A DNA stretch of 63,329 nt, counting the filler, from Octopus bimaculoides (Eukaryota): the NCBI RefSeq assembly GCF_001194135.2. It is 6 parts of 6 records of this genome, joined end to end, with 100 filler letters (N's around TTAATTAATTAA, not from the genome) between each part and the next. Parts side by side here need not be neighbours in the genome. Positions count along the whole stretch, not along the records: positions 50,915 to 58,997 come from NC_069006.1; positions 59,098 to 62,049 come from NW_026317136.1; positions 62,150 to 63,329 come from NW_026417032.1; 3 more parts are not named here. One strand, given 5' to 3'. Each line of letters begins with the position of its first letter. Position 1 is the stretch's first letter. The notes beneath the pieces were generated by a model that saw only the letters and a list, made by a program, of their open reading frames with translations, had not been told where the DNA came from and did no database searches. A program made the translations under genes and the position numbers. Shown piece after piece: positions 54,429 through 63,329 of the stretch.

Positions 54429-54631
54429 AACAACAAACAAGATGACAAATAACCGTCAATTGTAAATAATGTAAATAATAAATATCTAATCTTTCTGCTG
54501 TTTTCACGATTATACTCAAATATTGCCTTCTTGTCTGTACAAAATATTTATATTCATCATGTTAATCTCTACGCATGCTTTTTCTCTCTCGGGTTTTTTT
54601 TCCCCTCCTTTCTCCGTTTTTCTCTCTTAAT

Positions 54632-54669
54632 TCTTTCTGTCGAAGAGCGTAGCCTCGAAACATCAAGGA
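54632..54669 (+). ncRNA. Hammerhead-like motif with CUGUCGA core
   Basis: UCUUU-CUGUCGA-A-GAGC[GUAG]CCUC-GAAAC-AUC-AAGGA. Stem I pairs, but A6 is U and stem III is damaged. Confidence 0.35.
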
Positions 54670-55634
54670 CTTCTCTGGTCTTCTCGAGCTTTAAACTAAT
54701 ACAACTGCTTGTTGTTCCTACACCTGTCTTCGTTTAAATATATATATATATTGGAAGGTTTGGAGGTGATGTACAGAAATTATATTATAGAAAAAAATTT
54801 AAGGTACTCAGAAATCTGGATGTTTGTAGATTTACAGATTTTTATTAATGTCACATGTTTTATAAATTAAATAAAGCGCTTTTCACCTAATCGTGTAGTA
54901 TTTTCAATANNNNNNNNNNNNNNNNNNNNNNNNNNNNNNNNNNNNNNNNNNNNNNNNNNNNNNNNNNNNNNNNNNNNNNNNNNNNNNNNNNNNNNNNNNN
55001 NNNNNNNNNNNNNNNNNNNNNNNNNNNNNNNNNNNNNNNNNNNNNNNNNNNNNNNNNNNNNNNNNNNNNNNNNNNNNNNNNNNNNNNNNNNNNNNNNNNN
55101 NNNNNNNNNNNNNNNNNNNNNNNNNNNNNNNNNNNNNNNNNNNNNNNNNNNNNNNNNNNNNNNNNNNNNNNNNNNNNNNNNNNNNNNNNNNNNNNNNNNN
55201 NNNNNNNNNNNNNNNNNNNNNNNNNNNNNNNNNNNNNNNNNNNNNNNNNNNNNNNNNNNNNNNNNNNNNNNNNNNNNNNNNNNNNNNNNNNNNNNNNNNN
55301 NNNNNNNNNNNNNNNNNNNNNNNNNNNNNNNNNNNNNNNNNNNNNNNNNNNNNNNNNNNNNNNNNNNNNNNNNNNNNNNNNNNNNNNNNNNNNNNNNNNN
55401 NNNNNNNNNNNNNNNNNNNNNNNNNNNNNNNNNNNNNNNNNNNNNNNNNNNNNNNNNNNNNNNNNNNNNNNNNNNNNNNNNNNNNNNNNNNNNNNNNNNN
55501 NNNNNNNNNNNNNNNNNNNNNNNNNNNNNNNNNNNNNNNNNNNNNNNNNNNNNNNNNNNNNNNNNNNNNNNNNNNNNNNNNNNNNNNNNNNNNNNNNNNN
55601 NNNNNNNNNNNNNNNNNNNNNNNNNNNNNNNNNN

Positions 55635-55690
<56 letters not shown>

Positions 55691-56099
55691 TTATGTTTGA
55701 CTTTTGTTTTGCATTTGTACAAGTTGGATCCAAGTCTCACCCAGAGACCTCAAGAGACAACAAGTTAGAAGTTCATGTAGGCGTTATGCCTAGGGTACCA
55801 TATATTTGGATTTGTACATAGTGTTGTTCTAGAGAATGTTTAAGAAACCATTAGAAAATTACGTGTTTGTTTTAAAATTTGAGATCACATAGACAGTATT
55901 ATTATTATTTCCAATGTTTACCGTGTAGTATAACGATAATTAGTTTTTTACATTTGATACGTGAAAATCATCCTTCAAGACATTCTGTGTTTTATTAGTC
56001 TACCTGACTTGAAACTCGAATACATAAATACATACGTGTATACATAACATACGAACACAACATTGTCACACACAAACACACACACACACATAAACATAT

Positions 56100-56526
56100 A
56101 CAGACACACATATATATATACATATATATATGTACATGTCATATTATCTATGGAGAAACATACTTACATAAGCGCTCACACACACACACACACACACGGC
56201 TATATGTATTATGTACATGTCATTATCTATGCACACACGTATACACACATAAGCACACACACACACACACATATACATATATATACATGTCGTATTATCT
56301 ATGTACACACTTATACACACATAGGCACACACACACACATACATATATACATATATATACATGTCGTATTATCTATATACACACGTATACACACATAAGT
56401 ACACGCACACACATATATGCATATATATACATGTACACACATATACACACATAGGCACACACACACACATATATATATATTATGTACATGTCATATTATC
56501 TATGTACACACGTATACACATATAAG
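56100..56526. repeat. Minisatellite (~65-75-bp units) built from CA/TA microsatellite plus a fixed core
   Basis: Core tacatgtc(a/g)tattatctatgtacacac.tatacacacataagc recurs about five to six times with variable (CA)n/(TA)n spacers. Confidence 0.8.
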
Positions 56527-57326
56527 NNNNNNNNNNTCACATTATAATCGCATGTATATATATATATGTATGTACACGCTTATATACGTGTATTGTATCT
56601 CTACATACGTATACATATATGTCTAGGGTGTTAATAGTCTTCTAGACTGTCTATTTATCATTATTTCGGTTTATCTTTTCTTTATTTTTAAATGGCAATT
56701 TGTGAACATTAGCGTTCATTGTGTTCCATACAAACATATATTCACACACACACACACACGTGTATACACACATACACGCACACACAAACACACACATTTA
56801 TGTATGCATAAGCTTGGAATTTATGAGGTGATTAGAAGTATTGTGCTATAATACCATTATCCGAACATGGAAGGAAAAGTTAATAATGCTGAGAAAATTT
56901 GTAGTTTACTATCTGCAATCTTCGTCTATATAAAATTAAATTTTCGACAATAAATTTTTATCCAAGTCAATTACTAAAAAATGGGGGAAACAAACCATGG
57001 TGCTGTTAATGATGTTGTATTTGAAATACAACATGCGTTCAGAACTCAAGGTCAGCGGAGAAACGAAAACCTGGGACACGTACAAAAGTCCTTGAAGAGG
57101 ACTTTTATATCCGAAACTTAGGAGCTGTTTAATTCTTATATTTCCACTACATTTGAAGACTTTCTACTTGTTAACGTTATCTCTTCACGGTTTCTGTAGA
57201 AATTATAGCCAGTGCTAATTTTCTTGCGACGTTTCGTATCCGAGGCGCCTGATGAAAACCACAGGGAGATCGATGATGAAAAGTGAGTAATAAGCGTGTA
57301 TGCTGCTTTTTTTATAATGCAAACAC

Positions 57327-57363
<37 letters not shown>

Positions 57364-58077
57364 CACACACACACACACATACACATATTCACATACACTA
57401 GAAGAAATACTGCCCTTCACCAGGTGCCGAATATAGAAATATTTTTGCTAAACTCTTATAGTTTTAACTCATTGTAAGTTTTTTTTGCAATAAATTTTGT
57501 ATGTAAATTATATTTATATAAATTTACTATTGTTACGTTTTGAAAGTTGACATTTGCCAGGTTTCTATGATGTGTGAAGCGTCTGAGATCGTGGTCATTG
57601 ATAATTCAAACATTTGTCATATGTGTGCCTGGAAAGTTCGCCANNNNNNNNNNNNNNNNNNNNNNNNNNNNNNNNNNNNNNNNNNNNNNNNNNNNNNNNN
57701 NNNNNNNNNNNNNNNNNNNNNNNNNNNNNNNNNNNNNNNNNNNNNNNNNNNNNNNNNNNNNNNNNNNNNNNNNNNNNNNNNNNNNNNNNNNNNNNNNNNN
57801 NNNNNNNNNNNNNNNNNNNNNNNNNNNNNNNNNNNNNNNNNNNNNNNNNNNNNNNNNNNNNNNNNNNNNNNNNNNNNNNNNNNNNNNNNNNNNNNNNNNN
57901 NNNNNNNNNNNNNNNNNNNNNNNNNNNNNNNNNNNNNNNNNNNNNNNNNNNNNNNNNNNNNNNNNNNNNNNNNNNNNNNNNNNNNNNNNNNNNNNNNNNN
58001 NNNNNNNNNNNNNNNNNNNNNNNNNNNNNNNNNNNNNNNNNNNNNNNNNNNNNNNNNNNNNNNNNNNNNNTATATAT

Positions 58078-58110
<33 letters not shown>

Positions 58111-58804
58111 ATTAAATACACAACCAAAAGAGCTACAAATAGTTTCATGCTATTACGATACTCGAGCAGGCATATTTATAAAATACGTCATATATCCTAA
58201 AGCAATCTTTTAGAAGAACTGAAGGATTGCTGCAATAAGTGTGTGAATCTGAGAGGGGAATATGTTGAATAAAATCAGAATTAAATGATTCTCTTGTATT
58301 TTCTTTTACCCAAAGCAAGGAGCTTTTCACCATCCCTCTGTATGTATCTAGAGTGATGTGAGAGATGACATTTCTTGTTTTGTTGCTTGATTAGAAAGAA
58401 TCTCAGCTTGGTTCGACAGATGTGCATGCCATAAAGAGCAGACCATAAGAGAAAGCTGGTATTAGTTTTACAAGGAATCCAATCTGACTGGGCGAAAGAA
58501 CTTCTACCAAAATCGTGTTGATCGAATTAGTTTTGTCCGTTCTACTAGGAGCCTCGGAAAAAAATCTTCCTCCCGAGTCAAATATCACCAGTTGTATGAC
58601 CATTATCTTTTATCTCCTATTTGATGCAGCTATTAGGCTGCAGCCATGCTGGGGCACCGACTGGAAAGAATTTCTAGCTGAATGAAATGACCCGTGAATT
58701 ATATTGAAAAACTTGGTACTTATTCTATCGGACTCTTTCATGGATGTAAACACACACGCACACACACACCTACACTATATTTTGCCAGTGGTGCACCGAC
58801 CGAT

Positions 58805-58956
58805 GACTTTCAATTTTCGCCTACCAAATCCACTCACAAGGTTTGGTCGGCCTGTGCCTATAGTAGAACACACTGGCCTATGGTACCACGCAGTGGGACT
58901 GAACCCGGAACCATGTGGTTAGGAAGCAAGCTACTTAACACATGGCTACTCTTGCA

Positions 58957-58958
<2 letters not shown>
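58805..58958 (-). mobile_element. tRNA-derived SINE, family A
   Basis: Reverse complement of family A: ctaccaaatccactcacaagg...ccacgcagtgggactgaacccggaaccatgtggtt...gcaagctactt. Confidence 0.85.
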
Positions 58959-58997
<39 letters not shown>

Positions 58998-59097
58998 NNN
59001 NNNNNNNNNNNNNNNNNNNNNNNNNNNNNNNNNNNNNNNNNTTAATTAATTAANNNNNNNNNNNNNNNNNNNNNNNNNNNNNNNNNNNNNNNNNNNN
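58998..59097. other. Artificial scaffold join with TTAATTAATTAA linker
   Basis: 44 N + 12-mer + 44 N. Confidence 0.97.
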
Positions 59098-62049
59098 TGC
59101 ACTGTTCGACAGGAATTCGAACGTATGTGCGTCCGTTCGACCTCCCTCTGCACCGTTCGAGCGGAATTCGAACGTTTGTGCGTCCGTTTGGCCTACCTCT
59201 GCACAGTTCGAGCGGAATTCGAACGTACGTGCGTCCGTTCGGCATCTTTCTGCACCGTCCGAGCGGAATTCGAACGTACGTGCGTCCGTTCGGCCTCACT
59301 CTGCACCTTTCGTGCGAAATTCGAACGAACTTACACACGTTTAGCTTCCTTGTGCACTGTCCGAGCGGAATTCGAACGTTCGTGCGTCCGTTCGCCCTAC
59401 TTCTGCACCGTTTAAGAGAAATTCGGACGTACGTGCGGCCGTTCGACTTCCCTCTGCACCGTTCGAGCGGAATTCGAACGTACGTGCGTCCGTTCGGCCT
59501 CCCTCTGCGTTGTCCGAGCGGAATTCGAACGTTCGTAACTCCGCTTGGCATCACTCTGCACCGTTCAAGCGGAATTCAAAACTACGTGCGTCCGTTCGGN
59601 NNNNNNNNNNNNNNNNNNNNNNNNNNNNNNNNNNNNNNNNNNNNNNNNNNNNNNNNNNNNNNNNNNNNNNNNNNNNNNNNNNNNNNNNNNNNNNNNNNNN
59701 NNNNNNNNNNNNNNNNNNNNNNNNNNNNNNNNNNNNNNNNNNNNNNNNNNNNNNNNNNNNNNNNNNNNNNNNNNNNNNNNNNNNNNNNNNNNNNNNNNNN
59801 NNNNNNNNNNNNNNNNNNNNNNNNNNNNNNNNNNNNNNNNNNNNNNNNNNNNNNNNNNNNNNNNNNNNNNNNNNNNNNNNNNNNNNNNNNNNNNNNNNNN
59901 NNNNNNNNNNNNNNNNNNNNNNNNNNNNNNNNNNNNNNNNNNNNNNNNNNNNNNNNNNNNNNNNNNNNNNNNNNNNNNNNNNNNNNNNNNNNNNNNNNNN
60001 NNNNNNNNNNNNNNNNNNNNNNNNNNNNNNNNNNNNNNNNNNNNNNNNNNNNNNNNNNNNNNNNNNNNNNNNNNNNNNNNNNNNNNNNNNNNNNACGTGC
60101 GTCCGTTCGGCCTCCCTTTGCACCGTTCGAACGGAATTGGAACGTACGTGCGTCCGTTCAGACTCCCTCTGCACCGTTCGAGTGGAATTCGAACGTATGA
60201 GCGTCCGTTCGGCCTCCCTCTGCACCGTTCGAGCGGAATTCCCATGTTCGTGCGTTCGTTTGGCCTACCTCTGCACAGTTCGAGCGGAATTCGAACGTAC
60301 GTGCGTCCGTTCGGCCTCCCTCTGCGTTGTCCGAGCGGAATTCGAACGTTCGTAACTCCGCTTGGCATCACTCTGCACCGTTCAAGCGGAATTCAAAACT
60401 ACGTGCGTCCGTTCGGTTTCCCTCTGCACCGTTCGAACGGATTTCGAACGTATGTGCGTCCGTTTCACCTCCCTCTGCACCGTTCGAAAAGAATTCGAAC
60501 GTACGCGCGTCCATTCGGCCTCAGTCTGCAACGTTGGATCGGAATTGGAACGTACGTGCCCACGTTAAGCCTCCCTGTGCACTGTCCGAGCGGAATTGGA
60601 ACGTTCGTGCGTCTGTTCGACCTCCCTCTGCACCGTTCGAGCNNNNNNNNNNGCCTCCCTGTGCACTGTCCGAGCGGAATTGGAACGTTCGTGCGTCTGT
60701 TCGACCTCCCTCTGCACCGTTCGAGCGGAATTCGGACGTACATGCGTCCGTTCGGCCTTCCTATGCTACGTTCGGCCGGAATTCGAACATACGTGCATGC
60801 GTTCAACCGCGCTCTCCACCGTTCGAGCGGAATTAGAAAGTACGTGCGACCTTTCGGATTCCCTCTGCACCGTTCGAGCGAAATTCGAAAGGACATCCGT
60901 CCGTTCGGCCTCTCTCTGCACCGTCCGAGCGGAATTCGAACTTTCGTGCACCCGTTCGGCCTACCTCTGCACCGGTCGAGAGGAATTCGGACGTACGTGC
61001 GTCCGTTCGACCTCCCTCTGCACCTTTCGAGCGGATTTCGAACGTACGTACGTCCGTTCGGCCTCCCTCTGCAATGTTCGAGCGGAATTCGTACGTACGT
61101 GCGTCCCTTCGGCCTTCGTCTGCACCGTCCGAGCGGAATTCACACGTTCGTGCGTCCGTTCGGCCTGCTTCTGCACAGTTCGAGCGGAATTCCGAAGTAC
61201 GTACGTCCGTTATGCCTCCCTCTACACCGTTTGAGCGGAATTTCAAAATACATGCCTTCGTTCGGTCTCTCTCTGCAACTTTCGAGCGGATTTCGAACGT
61301 ACGAACGTCCGTTCGGCCTCCCTCTGCACTGTTCGATCGGAATTCGGACGTACGTGCGTCCGTTCGACCACCCTCTGCACCGTCCGAGCAGAATTCGAAC
61401 GTATGTGCCTCCGTTAAGCCTCNNNNNNNNNNNNNNNNNNNNNNNNNNNNNNNNNNNNNNNNNNNNNNNNNNNNNNNNNNNNNNNNNNNNNNNNNNNNNN
61501 NNNNNNNNNNNNNNNNNNNNNNNNNNNNNNNNNNNNNNNNNNTAAGAGAAATTCGGACGTACGTGCGGCCGTTCGGCCTCCCTATGCTACGTTCGGGCGG
61601 AATTCGAACATACGTGCGTCCGTTCAACCTCGCTCTCCACCGTTCGAGCGGAATTAGAACGTACGTGCGACCGTTGGGATTCCCTCTGCACCGTTCGAGC
61701 GAAGTTCCAACAAACGTGCCCACGTTAAGCCTCCCTCTGCACTGTCCGAGCGGAGTTCGAACGTTCGTGCATCCGTTCGGCCTACCTCTGCACTGTTCGA
61801 CAGGAATTCGAACCTATGTGCGTCCGTTTGACCTCCCTCTGCACTGTTCGAGCGGAATTCGAATGTTCGTGCGTCCGTTTGGCCTACCTCTGCACAGTTC
61901 GAGCGGAATTCGAACGTACGTGCGTCCGTTCGGCATCTTTCTGCACCGTCCGAGCGGAATTCGAATGTACGTGCGTCCGTTCGGCCTCACTCTGCACCGT
62001 TCGTGCGAAATTCGAACGAACTTACACACGTTTAGCTTCCTTGTGCACT
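59098..62049 (+). repeat. 51-bp GC/CpG-rich tandem array filling an entire joined piece (satellite or repeat-protein exon)
   Basis: Consensus GCGGAATTCGAACGTACGTGCGTCCGTTCGGCCTCCCTCTGCACCGTTCGA (51 bp, 32 G+C, 9 CpG). About 45 sequenced monomers in four blocks separated by gaps. Confidence 0.97.
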
Positions 62050-62149
62050 NNNNNNNNNNNNNNNNNNNNNNNNNNNNNNNNNNNNNNNNNNNNTTAATTA
62101 ATTAANNNNNNNNNNNNNNNNNNNNNNNNNNNNNNNNNNNNNNNNNNNN
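62050..62149. other. Artificial scaffold join with TTAATTAATTAA linker
   Basis: 44 N + 12-mer + 44 N. Confidence 0.97.
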
Positions 62150-62163
62150 AGAGAGAGAGAGAG

Positions 62164-62196
<33 letters not shown>

Positions 62197-63329
62197 TGAT
62201 ATAATCGGTATTATGTAGTCGGTATGATGTCTAAGACAATGATAGACCGTCTACATCTTTGTACGACCAACTAGAAATGGCAAAACATTCCTTGAAAAAG
62301 ATACAATGAAAAGTGAATGAATTCATGCATATATATATATATAATACAAAGAATATATATGCATGTATACACACATATATATACATACTTACATCTACAT
62401 GTGTATATAGATGCATATCAGGGTACAGGACTTTAGAAAAATGAACTACAGACCACGGAACGAACACATAGGAAAACAGATTGCCACTTGGAATTAATCC
62501 TTCGTCAGCTGCCTCTATTCTAACTAGACGTTTCGAAATATATATAGACATACACACAAAATCGCACATACACTCGCACTCACACACACACATATAAATA
62601 CTGGGCGGCTACATTTAAAATTTAAAATAATGACGTTAACCAATCTACTCAATGTTATTTAAATTGTTGGTGTGTTAACAATGTTTCCTTTCACAGCTGT
62701 AATGTATGATAGAACATATCTATAAATTTATTAATCAATGCACAATTACGAAGAATTTTCTGTGAATGCATTCCATAGAACATTACAGCAACGAAACGAA
62801 AAGTTATTAGCAAGTAAACTAATGTTCTATCTAATCCGTATATTGTTAATATTATTATGTTTATGAACATTGTGTTCGAGGATAGTTAGAGAAAGTGCAC
62901 AGTTGCTGACGTGGATTCCAGCTGTTTCTCCATTTCAGTCTATTAACATATTGTATAAACGTGTAATACAGATAACCATTGTTGGCGAATAAATCTACAG
63001 AAATTGTTCGATAGCACATTCTACTAATAATGTTTGAATGTCTTCAGAGATTATTTCTTAATAATGTTAATTATAGCAGTAATTAATAAAAAGAAGGTAC
63101 ACGGTTGTCTTCTACATTATATTTTTATTTTGTTTTTAGATAGCCATGTGATGCCGACCATTTTTTTCTTCTTTTTTTTTATTTCAAGTATTATACGATA
63201 TGTAAAGGATTCAGAACAGTTAACTAAAATGACCATAATAAACTGAAGTCACTTATTGTGATCCTTTTCGAAGGAAACCTTTAATTTACAATATGACTGT
63301 GATTATATTATTCATGATTATATGTAGCC

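Noticed and set aside
57089-57123. Hammerhead-like string tcct-tgaaga-gga...tcc-gaaac-tt-agga
   Set aside because: Needs two single-base restorations in the core; at most a relic.
59098-62049. CRISPR-like appearance of the 51-bp array (palindromic repeats)
   Set aside because: Monomers are contiguous with no unique spacers, there are no cas genes, and the context is eukaryotic.
62488-62536. Minus-strand GAAACGUC...CUGACGAAG motifs
   Set aside because: Core halves are in permuted order and the intervening stem I does not pair.

Overview
AT-rich, microsatellite-laden animal DNA. The SINE/LINE repertoire suggests a coleoid cephalopod, probably Octopus (inference). It is not one contiguous locus: five artificial 100-bp joins (44 N + TTAATTAATTAA + 44 N) split it into six pieces. 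The only host gene I can support is five consecutive in-frame exons (3318-21889, + strand) encoding the N-terminal regulatory region of an ASK-family MAP3K (MAP3K5/MAP3K15-like). The model stops before the first join. The rest is transposon-derived or simple repeat: RTE-clade LINEs, Penelope-like elements with hammerhead-ribozyme motifs, R4/Dong-like LINE pieces, mariner and hAT remnants, Helitron helicase fragments, MITEs and three tRNA-derived SINE families. Most worth follow-up: (1) a GC/CpG-rich 51-bp tandem array in which one reading frame (17-aa repeat SGIRTYVRPFGLPLHRS) is never interrupted; (2) tandem hairpin plus pseudoknot modules in the RTE 3' UTR; (3) a C4HC3 PHD-type finger inside the RTE reverse transcriptase; (4) minimal hammerhead motifs; (5) inverted LINE/PLE copies in one MAP3K intron that could form long dsRNA. 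All calls are by eye, with no database searches.
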